A stretch of 64,000 nt of DNA from IMG/VR virus record IMGVR_UViG_2703718819_000006, one strand, 5' to 3'. The notes beneath the pieces are model-generated. The model made no database searches, was not told the origin of the DNA, and worked only from the letters and a program-made list of their open reading frames with translations. Below, piece after piece: positions 17,948 through 28,614 of the stretch. How positions within the stretch are numbered: the stretch's first letter is position 1; each line of letters starts with the position of its first letter. The stretch comes from a virus. Lineage: Duplodnaviria > Heunggongvirae > Uroviricota > Caudoviricetes. The translations under genes were made by a program, and so were the position numbers.

Positions 17948-20263
17948 TCAGATTTTGCAGGCTCCGTCGCACTCATCTTCTGGCTCGACGGCTACAGCTT
18001 GCGTCAGTGGATTCTGCGGTTCGTCGTCATCACGCTTTCCTGCCCCATCTCTGGTGTTGTGGTAGTAAAGCGTTTTAACTCCCATCTTGTAGGCGAGAAG
18101 CAAATCTGACAGTAGCGTCATCATTGGGACTTTATCGCCTTCAAAGCGAGAAGGGTCATAGTTGGTATTGGCTGAAATAGCCTGGTCAAAGAACTTCTGG
18201 ATGATCGCCACCTTTGTCAGATAGCCGCGGTTGTCCGGCATATCCCACAGGTATTCATACTGTTCCTTCAGTTTTTCAAACTCAGGCACGACCATCTTGA
18301 CGATGCCGTCCTTAGAAGATTTCACTGACACCGGGCCACGAGGCGGTTCGATGCCGTTGGTGGAATTAGTGATCTGGCTGGAAGTCTCGCATGGCATTTG
18401 TGCCGTCAGTGTGGAGTTGCGAAGGCCGTATTTTGCAATACGTTCACGCAGTTCTTCCCACGGCATCTTTAACTCAAAGTTGGTTTCGCCACTTTCGTCT
18501 AATGAAGAACGGTAATGGTCGATCGGCAACTGACCAATTGCGTATTTGGTCTGCTCAAACCAGTCACACTCACCTTTTGCTTCAGCAAGTCGGCAGCTGG
18601 CATCAAGAAGGTAATACTGGATAGCTTCGAACGTTTCATGCACCAGTTTATTGCCAGCGGTATCAGAATAACGAACGCCATTCTTTGCCAGGTAATAAGC
18701 AAAGTTGGTTACACCAATTCCCAAGCTACGACGAGCTTTGGCAGGCACTTCGGCTGCCTCCATCGGATAGTCTTGATAATCCAGTAACGAATCCAGTGCA
18801 GCAACGGCATAGAACGCCACCTCTTTAAGAGACTCCAGTGAACGGATGGCTCCGAGGTTAAAAGCGGATAAAGTGCATAGCGCGATCTCACCGTTCGGGT
18901 CGTCGGTAAATGCCAGTGGACGGGTGGGTAGGGTGATCTCCATACACAGGTTTGACTGGCGAACAGGTGCAAGAGCAGGAATGAAAGCGCCATGCTCATT
19001 AATATGATCGACGTTCGCAATATAAATTCGGCCCGTGGACGCTCGTTCCTGCATCAGAGATGAGAACAGCTCAATGGCAGGTACTGACTTCTTGCGAATT
19101 GAATCATCGGCTTCGTATTTATGGTACAGCTTTTCAAACAGCTCCTGGTCTGTGAAGAAGGCTTCGTACATATCAGGCACATCATGCGGGCTGAACAGAG
19201 TGATGTTCTCGCTTCTGACGAGTCGACGGTACATTAGACGGTTACTCATGACGCCGTAATCAAGATGGCGAACGCGGTTTTCATCAATACCACGGTTATT
19301 TTTCACCACCAGCAGACTTTCAACTTCAAGATGCCAGATCGGGTAAAACGCTGTTGCTGCGCCACCACGAACACCACCTTGCGAACAAGATTTAACAGCC
19401 GTCTGGAAATGCTTCAGGAATGGAATAACTCCAGTATGGGTGGCTTCACCATTGCGGATCTCGCTGCCCAGCGCACGGATACGGCCAAAACCAATACCAA
19501 TTCCAGCACGACGTGAAACGTAGTCGATAATTGCGGCTGAAGCTGCACTAATCCCTTTCAGACTATCGCCAGACTCAATCAGCACACAACTGGAGAACTG
19601 ACGGGTTGGAGTACGGACGCCGGCCATGATTGGTGTGGGCAGAGACAGTTTGAACGTACTTGTAACGTCATAGAAACCTTTGACCATCTCCATACGTGTT
19701 TTGCCAGCGCAGTCGTCTTCCCAATTCTGGAACAGACACATGCCTACCAGCATATAGATATGTTGCGGTCCCTCATGAATCTCACCAGTAACACGGTTTT
19801 GAACGAGGTATTTGCTTTGCAACTGCACCGTAGCTGCATAGCCAAAAAGATCGTCACGTTTCGGCTTAATGTAATTGCCGAGTTCTTCGATCTCTTCAAA
19901 CGAATAATGTGTCAGCAAATCCTTGTCATAAACGCCCTTGTTAACGTTCTTGACAATGTGTTGGTAGAAGTTCGGATAGTCGTAACGACCGAAGGCATCT
20001 TTGCGGATTTTAAAAATGTTCAGGCGGGCAGCCACCTGTGAGTAATTTGGTGCTTCTGGTGAGATCAAATCAGCGGCAGATTTAACCAAAGCCTCATGCA
20101 ACTGGCTGGTGGTCATCCCATCAAAAATGCTGGCCGCAGCTCCCATTGCTACAGCGGATGCGCTTACACCACGAATGCCTTCTACGCCATACATTACGAC
20201 GCGGTTGTATTTTTCTTCGGATAACGGCTCTGTTTGGCCGTTACGTTTTACGATGCTTATCAT
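17948..20263 (-). CDS. nrdA: ribonucleotide reductase class Ia alpha subunit
   Basis: Near-collinear with enterobacterial NrdA (YLVQNRVTGEI, SCVLIE, CSQGGVRGGAAT, NLCMEI, C-terminal CxxC tail). Confidence 0.95.
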   Translation of the reverse strand: MISIVKRNGQTEPLSEEKYNRVVMYGVEGIRGVSASAVAMGAAASIFDGMTTSQLHEALVKSAADLISPEAPNYSQVAARLNIFKIRKDAFGRYDYPNFYQHIVKNVNKGVYDKDLLTHYSFEEIEELGNYIKPKRDDLFGYAATVQLQSKYLVQNRVTGEIHEGPQHIYMLVGMCLFQNWEDDCAGKTRMEMVKGFYDVTSTFKLSLPTPIMAGVRTPTRQFSSCVLIESGDSLKGISAASAAIIDYVSRRAGIGIGFGRIRALGSEIRNGEATHTGVIPFLKHFQTAVKSCSQGGVRGGAATAFYPIWHLEVESLLVVKNNRGIDENRVRHLDYGVMSNRLMYRRLVRSENITLFSPHDVPDMYEAFFTDQELFEKLYHKYEADDSIRKKSVPAIELFSSLMQERASTGRIYIANVDHINEHGAFIPALAPVRQSNLCMEITLPTRPLAFTDDPNGEIALCTLSAFNLGAIRSLESLKEVAFYAVAALDSLLDYQDYPMEAAEVPAKARRSLGIGVTNFAYYLAKNGVRYSDTAGNKLVHETFEAIQYYLLDASCRLAEAKGECDWFEQTKYAIGQLPIDHYRSSLDESGETNFELKMPWEELRERIAKYGLRNSTLTAQMPCETSSQITNSTNGIEPPRGPVSVKSSKDGIVKMVVPEFEKLKEQYEYLWDMPDNRGYLTKVAIIQKFFDQAISANTNYDPSRFEGDKVPMMTLLSDLLLAYKMGVKTLYYHNTRDGAGKRDDDEPQNPLTQAVAVEPEDECDGACKI

Positions 20264-20336
20264 GTATCACCAAATAAAGAGGGCCACTAAATATAGTGGC
20301 TCATGTTAATAGATAAGCACTTACCTATCAATGAAA

Positions 20337-20906
20337 TCAAATGAGAGACTTAAGAACATCGCGCACCTGGCGGAACTGATCTGTTTGCATACCGGTATGG
20401 ATGGCAGCCACCGCATCAGCCAAATGTTCGTTTTTGTTCACGAGAACATCCTGTCCAGATTGCTTACGACGCAGCCACGGTGCTTTAGGGTGTTTTTTCG
20501 TAGCCCACTGGATAATCTCTTCTTTCGATGTAGTAAGTTTATTGCCGACAAAATGCTTGATTTCGTTTGGAGTAACCTGGATCAATGGCTTATCCACACA
20601 CGCAAGTACACCGATACAAATACCGTAAGACGTCTGCGAACGAGAGTTTTGGCTCCCAACCGGTAGCTCACAAAAAACCATATTTGCCTTATCAATGATT
20701 GGCTTCGCAACACGCCATATTTCACTGGCTCGGCGCAGATCGTCACTGTTCACACGAACGGTCTTTTTGTTACTCCCCGCTTTAGTCTCAACAAGAGTAA
20801 GGCCGTGAATCTCAAGTTCGTCCGTCTCAAGGTCTAAAGTGCCCACAGCAAGCCCAAAGTTGCTCATTGAGGGATCAACACCAACTACGCTGATTTTTTT
20901 ACTCAT
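20337..20906 (-). CDS. RuvC-like Holliday junction resolvase, putative
   Basis: N-terminal GVDPSMSNFGLAV resembles RuvC catalytic motif I; AAGGAGA RBS. Confidence 0.55.
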   Translation of the reverse strand: MSKKISVVGVDPSMSNFGLAVGTLDLETDELEIHGLTLVETKAGSNKKTVRVNSDDLRRASEIWRVAKPIIDKANMVFCELPVGSQNSRSQTSYGICIGVLACVDKPLIQVTPNEIKHFVGNKLTTSKEEIIQWATKKHPKAPWLRRKQSGQDVLVNKNEHLADAVAAIHTGMQTDQFRQVRDVLKSLI

Positions 20907-20915
20907 ATAGTCTCC

Positions 20916-21659
20916 TTACCATGTTCCCCATATAGGGTTTTCCAATAATCTCGCCTCCAACGAATTGGCTACTATTGCCGTTTGCAACGTTGGTTGGGGA
21001 TAGTTTGCAAAGTCTGAATACTCATTTTCCTGCGTGACACGTTTATCTGCGGCATGTTTAACACCACTTGCTATGAAATGACGCATGATGCCCAACAGCC
21101 TCCGACTGTCTGCACTATCGTTTGCTAAAACATGAGGGAGCTGAAGTTCGATTTCTACCATTTCTCCATACTTACCAACAAACTGTAGTTTGTCCGCACT
21201 GTACTTTTTATCCCTCCTTTGGATAAGGAAACCAGTAAAAGCATCACCTGGCGATGCCAAACTATCCACCCGCTTATTGGCAAGTCGAATAAGGTTCGTG
21301 AAAGCCATACAGTGATGCGCACCCATTCCCCCAAAGAACCCTTCGCTATTAATGTTAAGATCTTCAGTTTCATGGGATGCAATAAACCCAGGCCCGACGT
21401 TGGGAAGATATCCCCCCTCAACAAAAGGATTAATCAGGATCGGCGCAATACATCCAGGTGGTAGTGATTTCAAACTTTGCATCAATGGCGTCTCGGATAT
21501 TAGACCAAGCAACGCGGCGAATTGTACTCCGTCAATATTGTTGCTGCCCCACAGAATACGTGGAGCCGCACCATTGGAAGTATGCCCATTGATCAGTTTT
21601 ATCGACTGCATCACTGCAAATACCTGCAAAAACTGCGAGCGGCTTAATTTAAACGACAT
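20916..21659 (-). CDS. hypothetical protein
   Basis: ORF track. Confidence 0.5.
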   Translation of the reverse strand: MSFKLSRSQFLQVFAVMQSIKLINGHTSNGAAPRILWGSNNIDGVQFAALLGLISETPLMQSLKSLPPGCIAPILINPFVEGGYLPNVGPGFIASHETEDLNINSEGFFGGMGAHHCMAFTNLIRLANKRVDSLASPGDAFTGFLIQRRDKKYSADKLQFVGKYGEMVEIELQLPHVLANDSADSRRLLGIMRHFIASGVKHAADKRVTQENEYSDFANYPQPTLQTAIVANSLEARLLENPIWGTW

Positions 21660-23565
21660 AGCTGCGCCCCTCTTTAACTTCCAGCGTAATAGTTTCCCGG
21701 AACCATGACTTCATCTCTTTATGGGAGATAATCAGCACAGTACCTCGCTCGCGAGCTTTGGACTCCAAAATACCCATGAGGCGTTCAAGACCGGCTGTAT
21801 CGAGTGCATCGTCAATTTCGTCGCCGATAAACAAATCGATGTTTTTACTCGCCCGGTTACTAACCAGATCCTGCAATGCCAAAGAACACGCAATGCGAAC
21901 CTTCCGCTTCTCACCACCAGAGAGGGTCTGGAACGACTTACTTGAACCTTTCTTCTGCACACTAATGTTGAATTTGTCGCGATACTCACCTTTTTTAGTG
22001 ACATCCATCGTCGACCACTCAGCAGTAATATTCCCGTCAGACAACGTATTGAGATACTCGGCAGTGCGTGTATTCAGGAAAGGCGTAACAGACGTCAAAA
22101 TATGAGAACGCACCCCGGCAGGAGAGTAGACCTGACGAGCTTTTTCCAATAGCAACGTTTGTTCCTGAATAGCCTTCAACTCATCTTTTAAGGACTTGAA
22201 GGTAGACTTACTGGATACCAGGTTATCTTCGTGTCTGGCGATAAGAGCAATAAACGGATTAATCTCTTTTGATATACGATCGACCTCAGTACGAGCACGA
22301 GTCACAAGAGACTCAATAGCAACAACCTCCTTCTCACGATGACGCAAAGATGAGAGTTGTTTCGTAAGCTCTTCAATCCGGGCAATGATAGCCGTTACAT
22401 CAGGTGTCGTTTTAACAAGGGCAGACTCAATGCTTAACGCCTTCTCAAGATTCGTTTTGTGTTTAGCCATTGCCTCTGCAAGTGTCTTCGCCTGACCAAT
22501 TTCCTGACGTGCTTGTTCAATGAAATTCTCCTTCACCGTTGATAGATCTTCTTCGCAGTAGGCTTTGCCACAAGTAGGGCATGGTGATCCCACTTTAGTA
22601 CCAACCTCTTCTGCTTTGGTCTTAAAATTACGCGCGCGGTTCATTGCATCAGCCTGACTATTTTCTGTAGCGTTGATGCTTGCCCGAATATCAGTTATCG
22701 CACCACGAACTTTGAGCAACTTGGCGTCATGTTCTTCTTTTGAGGCTAACTTTTTGCGCTCACTTTCGATTGCCTTCTCGGTATCACGGATCTGTTCGGG
22801 AAGAGTGCGGATCTCAAGTTCAACTTCCGTTAACTCAACTTCGGCACTGGCCAGCCCAGCCAGGGCATCGTCATAACGTTTAGAACGCTCTTGCTCCCAT
22901 GATTCAGAGGAGGCTTTCGCTGACTCAATTTCTGACTGTGTTGCCTCAATGGTCGAGATTGTCGACTCCAATTTGGTTTTAACCACATCCATACGTGCGG
23001 CAGCTGCATTAGCTCGCTCACGAGCAATAGCGTAGGCGCGTGTCAGTCTGTCAACGCCAGCGGCTTCTTCTACGATGGTTTTGAGGTTTTTGTCGGACAT
23101 TCCAGGTAAATCTGGCATAGCTTCTTGGCTCGCATAGATGGAAGCCATGAAAACCTCTTTAGATGCACCGATCAGACGCTCGACGAACTCTTGCGTCAGC
23201 GCATCTTTGCCTTTCGTCATATCGCCGTCTTCACCACGAACGATAAGCCGATTTTTGAACTCTTTGTGTTTACGGTGACGAATGATCGCATATCTCTTGC
23301 CTTCATCCTCGATGGTTACTGCAACACGACAGTTCTTTTCATGGTCGGTAGACAACACATCGTCACCCTTCACACCATGAGCTGTTTCGCCATAAAGACA
23401 CCACATCAGGCTATTCATTAGCGTTGACTTTCCAGAGCCATTACTTGATGCGGAACTATCATCACTATTAACACCCTGAATGAGTACTAAACCACGCTGA
23501 TCTAACTCGACCTCCGCGCTGGCGATAGCCATAAAATTCTCAACCTGGAGCTTTAAAAACTTCAT
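21649..23565 (-). CDS. sbcC: SbcC/Rad50-like recombination ATPase
   Basis: N-terminal Walker A GSGKST, long coiled-coil, CPTCG zinc hook, C-terminal LSGGE signature and D-loop. Confidence 0.8.
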   Translation of the reverse strand: MKFLKLQVENFMAIASAEVELDQRGLVLIQGVNSDDSSASSNGSGKSTLMNSLMWCLYGETAHGVKGDDVLSTDHEKNCRVAVTIEDEGKRYAIIRHRKHKEFKNRLIVRGEDGDMTKGKDALTQEFVERLIGASKEVFMASIYASQEAMPDLPGMSDKNLKTIVEEAAGVDRLTRAYAIARERANAAAARMDVVKTKLESTISTIEATQSEIESAKASSESWEQERSKRYDDALAGLASAEVELTEVELEIRTLPEQIRDTEKAIESERKKLASKEEHDAKLLKVRGAITDIRASINATENSQADAMNRARNFKTKAEEVGTKVGSPCPTCGKAYCEEDLSTVKENFIEQARQEIGQAKTLAEAMAKHKTNLEKALSIESALVKTTPDVTAIIARIEELTKQLSSLRHREKEVVAIESLVTRARTEVDRISKEINPFIALIARHEDNLVSSKSTFKSLKDELKAIQEQTLLLEKARQVYSPAGVRSHILTSVTPFLNTRTAEYLNTLSDGNITAEWSTMDVTKKGEYRDKFNISVQKKGSSKSFQTLSGGEKRKVRIACSLALQDLVSNRASKNIDLFIGDEIDDALDTAGLERLMGILESKARERGTVLIISHKEMKSWFRETITLEVKEGRSYVV

Positions 23566-23794
23566 ATAACACCTTTGATACCGTGTGTTAGCTTTTGACC
23601 TTCTTTCAATCTGAACTCCGTATGCGCCGGGAAGGATCTGCGCCTCAATACGCCTTTTCTGGTTAACCTTCCAAGATAAAACGCTACGGGATTTCCTTGT
23701 GGCGGGTAGGGCTTGTGAAACATCACCGTCTGGCCTCGTTCAAGTCTTTTCATCGTGATGGCAAAGTCTCGAAAGCTCCCATAACGACTTTGCC

Positions 23795-24880
23795 TCACAC
23801 AGCCTCCGAACTCTCCGCTTCGGTGAGGATTTCCTGACACAAAATATCCAACTTGCTTAGATCAAATCCGCCGTCAGTATCGTGGACAATCTTGCAATAA
23901 GCAGATACCGACTCTCCCAGGCTATCGATTTTGCTGGTTTCCGTTGTGCTTGCTGTCCCTTCCATCATTGATGACTTACGGATGAAGTTGCACACGACAC
24001 CTTTTGCACCCATTGTTTTGAGGATGTTCTGGTACTTAATGCCTTCTTCATCGTTCTCAATTACGGCGCGGAAACGCACGTAGTTGCCGCGAATTTGGTC
24101 ATCGGCAACATAATCTTCCAGGTTAATGAATTTAGGCGCACTGGTTTCGTAGTGACTGAAACTGCCGTCCGGGTTTACGATCATGTAACCAGCCAGAGAT
24201 CCAACATCTCCCCAATTTTGATGGGTCAGCGCACCGACACTGATAACTCCAGGAATGACCTCTTTGTGGTTGTGGTAATGCCCACTAAGCACGAGACGAA
24301 AGCCGATATCCTTTAACTCCTGCGCATCGATACCGACGTCAGGCATTGTTGGAATGGCTTTGTTAATGGATGTATGGATAACAACGTCATGATTATCACC
24401 TTCTACGCTCTTACGTAATGCTTTCAGATCGCTGATAAGCTCCGCATGATTGTTACGCCAGCTAATCAGGTGGACAGTCACATCACCAATTTTTATTGAG
24501 TGTGGGCGTTTGCCACATACGATTACCACGCCGATAGAACTCAGCGATGCTGCTGCGTTGGCGCTATATACTGAATCGTTGGTTTCAAGATCGTGATTAC
24601 CGGCCAGCATTACTACTGTCAGATCAAGCTCGTTGATAATCCACTTGTACGTTTCAGTTACGTAATGCAAAACAGAAGGGGACACAGTTCCTCGGACGTG
24701 AAATGTATCACCGGCAATCAGCATGTACTTACAACCGGCCTTCTTCATGGCGATGGCTGCTTCTTTCGTTGCTTCCAACTGTATTTCAAGTCTGGAGTTA
24801 AGCCCCTCAGCGTTCGTCGTGGAGAACGCATCCCATTTGTGGTAGTGGCAGTCAGAAATGACGCCGTATGGCAAAGTCAT
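23795..24880 (-). CDS. sbcD: SbcD/Mre11-like nuclease (calcineurin-like phosphoesterase)
   Basis: Metallophosphatase motifs DxH, GDxxH, GNHD, GHxH. Confidence 0.8.
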   Translation of the reverse strand: MTLPYGVISDCHYHKWDAFSTTNAEGLNSRLEIQLEATKEAAIAMKKAGCKYMLIAGDTFHVRGTVSPSVLHYVTETYKWIINELDLTVVMLAGNHDLETNDSVYSANAAASLSSIGVVIVCGKRPHSIKIGDVTVHLISWRNNHAELISDLKALRKSVEGDNHDVVIHTSINKAIPTMPDVGIDAQELKDIGFRLVLSGHYHNHKEVIPGVISVGALTHQNWGDVGSLAGYMIVNPDGSFSHYETSAPKFINLEDYVADDQIRGNYVRFRAVIENDEEGIKYQNILKTMGAKGVVCNFIRKSSMMEGTASTTETSKIDSLGESVSAYCKIVHDTDGGFDLSKLDILCQEILTEAESSEAV

Positions 24881-25134
24881 GTGTTTTTCCTTTGTGGTTA
24901 TTTTGATACAAATTTTAAGAGCAATGAGAAGGTAAACAACTATGCATAACGGTATGTTAGGAATGAAACGAGCGCATTAATATACAAAATTTATAAGTAA
25001 GTATATACCTATTTGTTGTGACGCAACTTTGCTTGTCTGTATGACTAAAAATAAGACAGGATCACTGTAGAACGCTATGAGAGCTATTTTGAGGGGGCGT
25101 AGATTCTATCTACGCCAATATACGATCTGGAGGG

Positions 25135-25779
25135 TTACAGCGCGTCAGTGGGCTTTTTACGCGCTGCGTTTATGCTTATGACGCCAGCTTTTGGACGTGG
25201 GTCAACAAGGTTAAGCTCTTCTTCACTGTGGTATTCGAGGTCGAACTCACGTTTTACATGTCTGATGTAGATTGCGGTGAGTAGGCTATCTTTGGTCAAA
25301 AAGTGTCCGTAGGATTTGCGGATCACTTCTTCAACCTTCTCGATTTTCTCACCACCCATGCAGAGGTGATTAAACCGGCTGTGTTTCCGCAACATCTCGT
25401 CAACTGGGCCTGAGTAAACCTTGTCTACTTTCCCAAAACGAATGATTTTTCCTGTATCTGCGGATACAAGGCAAATCAGTTTGTCTGGTGATAAACGATC
25501 TCGCCACGTCACACCTGAACGGAGTGTGTTGAAGTAGGGGGCATCCAATCCGATGATCGGTTTACGAAATGCGAGCAATGGAACGTACCTAATACAACTA
25601 TTCAAATGAAAGTTCACACCAGCCTTATCAAGTTTAATTCTGGTTTCGTAGATCGGGCACTTCGCCGCTATACCGCAGATATCACAAAGTAACTTCTGCT
25701 TATTCAGGTTGGAATTTGATTCGATAGTGTAGGAGCCGTCCTCAAGACGACGAACCCAGCGCGTGCGTTTTAGATCCAT
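25135..25779 (-). CDS. hypothetical protein adjacent to origin
   Basis: ORF track. Confidence 0.5.
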   Translation of the reverse strand: MDLKRTRWVRRLEDGSYTIESNSNLNKQKLLCDICGIAAKCPIYETRIKLDKAGVNFHLNSCIRYVPLLAFRKPIIGLDAPYFNTLRSGVTWRDRLSPDKLICLVSADTGKIIRFGKVDKVYSGPVDEMLRKHSRFNHLCMGGEKIEKVEEVIRKSYGHFLTKDSLLTAIYIRHVKREFDLEYHSEEELNLVDPRPKAGVISINAARKKPTDAL

Positions 25780-25865
25780 AATCGTTTTTTCAGTAGTTAT
25801 TGGCCGATGCTACGATAACTCATTAGGCATACCTTAATCTGCATTTGCCTGTTTACTTATCCCAG

Positions 25866-25874
25866 TTATCCACT
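25866..25874. promoter_or_regulatory. DnaA-box-like sequence (TTATCCACT) next to GATC cluster
   Basis: 8/9 match to TTATCCACA; adjacent repeated GATC sites. Confidence 0.4.
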
Positions 25875-25977
25875 GGATAGATCCAAATAAGAGATCCCAA
25901 GTAAGATCAAATAGAAGATCCAAAGAGATCCCCGATCGCCTCTAGCCGTTGCGGTTACTGGTCTGAAAGGGTGTTGC

Positions 25978-26080
25978 CATCCACTATGGAGAGCAAAGAA
26001 ACCTCTGTAGAGAGCTGAATAACCGCTATGAAGAGTAAAACAACCACTCTGGAGAGCTGTATATATCCACTGTAGAGAGT
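25978..26080. repeat. iteron array A (5 direct repeats of ~16 bp, ~21-22 bp period)
   Basis: Repeats of consensus ATCCACTATAGAGAG. Confidence 0.75.
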
Positions 26081-26238
26081 AGAGCACATTGTCTTTTATG
26101 GATAACTTAATGACTTAATTCTTCATTAACATACTGATATACATAGATATATTTTAAACTCTACTCTTAGTCATGATTCTTATGTCCTTAAATATCCACA
26201 GAAGAGTAGAGTTACCTGTTCTTGAAATCCTCTGATTT

Positions 26239-26247
26239 TTATCCACA
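26239..26247. promoter_or_regulatory. DnaA box (TTATCCACA)
   Basis: Perfect 9-mer in AT-rich segment between iteron arrays. Confidence 0.5.
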
Positions 26248-26357
26248 GGCCCGATCCAGTAATTCAGATCACAAAGAGAACCAAAGAGACCCATAAAGAC
26301 CCAATAAGATCCCCGCCCACCTCAAACCGTTGTGCCATCTGCCTTCAGACATGATCG

Positions 26358-26480
26358 ATATCCACTATAGAGAGCGAATAATCCACTATAGGGAGCAAAG
26401 CAACCACTATAGAGAGGAGAAAAACCACTATAGACGGTAGGATAACCGCTGTGATGAGTGCTACTATCCACTGTAATCAG
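26358..26480. repeat. iteron array B (6 direct repeats) immediately upstream of repA
   Basis: Repeats of (A)ATCCACTATAGAGAG at ~21-22 bp spacing. Confidence 0.8.
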
Positions 26481-26521
26481 CAAAGGCCACCAAAGCCGTC
26501 GAATAACAAGAGACATTTGGA

Positions 26522-27577
26522 ATGAGCGAAAACGGCAATAAAAACATAGCGATCGTTGAAGCATTTTCAGAAACAGATAAAAAGACAGGCGAAGTTGTTA
26601 CGTTGGTTCCTAACACTAATAACACTGTTCAGCCTGTTGCTTTGATGCGTCTGGGCCTCTTCGTTCCGACGCTGAAATCGACATCCAGAGGAAGAAAGGG
26701 GCAAATGGTCTCTATGGATGCCTCTGCTGAACTCAAACAGCTGTCTCTGGCAAAAGCCGAAGGGTACGAAGACATAAGGATCTCTGGCCTTCGGCTTGAT
26801 ATGGATAACGACTTTAAAACGTGGGTGGGAATAATCCACGCGTTTGCCAAACACAAGGTCGTTGGCGATACTGTCACGTTGCCGTTCGTTGAGTTTGTAA
26901 GGCTGTGTGGCATTCCGACCGCCAGGTCATCAGCGAAGTTACGCAAACGCCTGGACAGTTCGCTAAGCCGTATTGCCACAAACACCATCTCGTTCCGTAG
27001 CAAAGGCTCTGATGAGTTTTACGTAACGCATCTTGTGCAAACGGCAAAATATAGTGTCAAGCACGATACGGTCGAACTGAAAGCAGATCCCAAGATTTTC
27101 GAACTCTACCAGTTCGACAAAAAGGTTCTTCTGCAACTCCGGGCTATAAACGAACTCTCAAGAAAAGAATCCGCTCAGGCGCTTTATACTTTTATTGAAA
27201 GTTTGCCGCCTGATCCGGCACCAATATCACTAGCCCGTTTACGCGCCAGACTTAATCTGACAAGTCGCACTATTACTCAGAATGCGACGGTAAGAAAGGC
27301 TATGGAACAGCTGCGAGAGATAGGATATCTCGATTACACGGAAGTTAAGCGCGGAAACTCGGTCTACTTCGTCATCCACTATAGGCGGCCAAAGTTACGC
27401 CAGGCACAAATATCAACAAAAATCGATAATGATGAGACGGAATATAGCCTCCCAGATGAGAATCAAGATGACATTATCGACGTTGTGCCTGACGAAAAAG
27501 AAGGCAAAATGGTCATGTTGAGTAAAGAAGAACTGGCACTTCTCGAAGAGTTGCGCAAGGCAAAGACTCGCAAATAG
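26522..27577 (+). CDS. repA: plasmid replication initiator RepA (P1 RepA family)
   Basis: [42 protein letters not shown] and [12 protein letters not shown] closely recall P1 RepA; flanked by iterons. Confidence 0.85.
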   Translation: MSENGNKNIAIVEAFSETDKKTGEVVTLVPNTNNTVQPVALMRLGLFVPTLKSTSRGRKGQMVSMDASAELKQLSLAKAEGYEDIRISGLRLDMDNDFKTWVGIIHAFAKHKVVGDTVTLPFVEFVRLCGIPTARSSAKLRKRLDSSLSRIATNTISFRSKGSDEFYVTHLVQTAKYSVKHDTVELKADPKIFELYQFDKKVLLQLRAINELSRKESAQALYTFIESLPPDPAPISLARLRARLNLTSRTITQNATVRKAMEQLREIGYLDYTEVKRGNSVYFVIHYRRPKLRQAQISTKIDNDETEYSLPDENQDDIIDVVPDEKEGKMVMLSKEELALLEELRKAKTRK

Positions 27578-27580
27578 CCC

Positions 27581-28060
27581 AACCACTGTAGTTAGTAGTA
27601 AGGCTCACTATCCACTGTAGTGAGCCTTACTTATATCTGTAATTCGCTATCCACTATAGTGAGTATCGTTATCTGTTGATAACCACTGTAGGCAGTAGAA
27701 TGCAAATACTGAATTAAATGTTAGTGATCACTAACACTGATGAAACAAGGGCTGCGAGGTTAGTGGTCACTGGGTATCTTGGAAAATTTACTGTCTATAG
27801 TGGTTGTTGTCGCCCTCATCTTTGAGCGTATCCACTGTGGCGAGTGGATATCCACTGAAAACAGCAAAGGCTTACTCACCATAGTGGATACCCGCTGGAC
27901 ATCTCACTCCAATACTCACCATAGTGGTTGTTTGATGCGAATGAAAGGCTGTCTACTCGCTACAGTGGTTAGCAGATATGTAGGAAGGTTTTGTTACTGA
28001 CTACAGTGGATAATGAGCTGGATACGAATGCGGTGAGCAGACTACTCACCGCAGTGGTTG
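27581..28060. repeat. downstream iteron array (incA-like), repeats in both orientations
   Basis: About 11 copies of CCACTGTAG / CTATAGTGG-type repeats. Confidence 0.75.
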
Positions 28061-28109
28061 GTGCTATTAGTGTATTTTCTTCAACAGACCCCAAAGTGTT
28101 CAGGCTTTT

Positions 28110-28279
28110 GTAGTCAGTTTTCCTGTTTCTGGATCGTACATACGCCATTCACGCCGCTGGTGGACGATATACCCATCTTCACGTTCCAGACGCTCAAGAA
28201 TGCCAGGCTGCTTGAAACCCTTAGCACGCCAGTAGCCGCTTGTTTTCTCGATTTCCAGACCTGCCAGTGTTAATGCCAT
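28110..28279 (-). CDS. small hypothetical protein (55 aa), below ORF-track size cutoff
   Basis: AGGAGG RBS; ATG overlaps stop of upstream gene (TAATG). Confidence 0.35.
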
Positions 28280-28614
28280 TATCCAACCTCCTTGCAGTCA
28301 TCGAAAAGGTAGCTTTGCTGAGAAGCGTGAACGCCATAGAAGCCCTTGTATTTGTTGTATACGAAGTGGTCTTCTCCGACGCCGGTTAATTTGCCATTAC
28401 GGTTTGTGAGATATGGGGATGACAACACTCGATCGTCACGCACAACATAGAACTGGTCGCCGCTGTCTACGACCATCGCTCCATATGGTGCTTTTATGAC
28501 GTCGGTAAGAGCGCCATTCTTAACGTCGGCTACAGACATTTCACACTGATAAACAGTGGTGTCGGCCACAACGATCGAAGAAAGGAACAACAGCGCAAAT
28601 GGGATGGCCTTCAT
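28279..28614 (-). CDS. secreted protein with N-terminal signal peptide
   Basis: MKAIPFALLFLSSIVVA signal-like N-terminus. Confidence 0.5.
   Translation of the reverse strand: MKAIPFALLFLSSIVVADTTVYQCEMSVADVKNGALTDVIKAPYGAMVVDSGDQFYVVRDDRVLSSPYLTNRNGKLTGVGEDHFVYNKYKGFYGVHASQQSYLFDDCKEVG

Noticed and set aside
17829-20309. Plus-strand ORFs antisense to nrdA and nrdB (for example 18231..18515, 18515..18787, 19760..20041)
   Set aside because: Lie entirely within the strongly supported NrdA/NrdB coding regions on the opposite strand
26380-26400. T7-promoter-like core CACTATAGGGAG inside the iterons
   Set aside because: The match covers only the -6 to +6 core and lacks the TAATACGACT recognition region; it recurs as variable iteron copies and no phage-type RNA polymerase gene is seen in the window
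25866-26564. Six-frame ORFs 25866..26087 and 26322..26564 (repetitive SGYSALYRG-type proteins)
   Set aside because: They are translations of the iteron arrays; the repetitive peptide simply mirrors the DNA repeats
25978-28060. Possible CRISPR array
   Set aside because: Repeats are ~16 bp at ~21-22 bp period with almost no unique spacers, occur in both orientations and flank a RepA gene; this is an iteron origin, not repeat-spacer architecture
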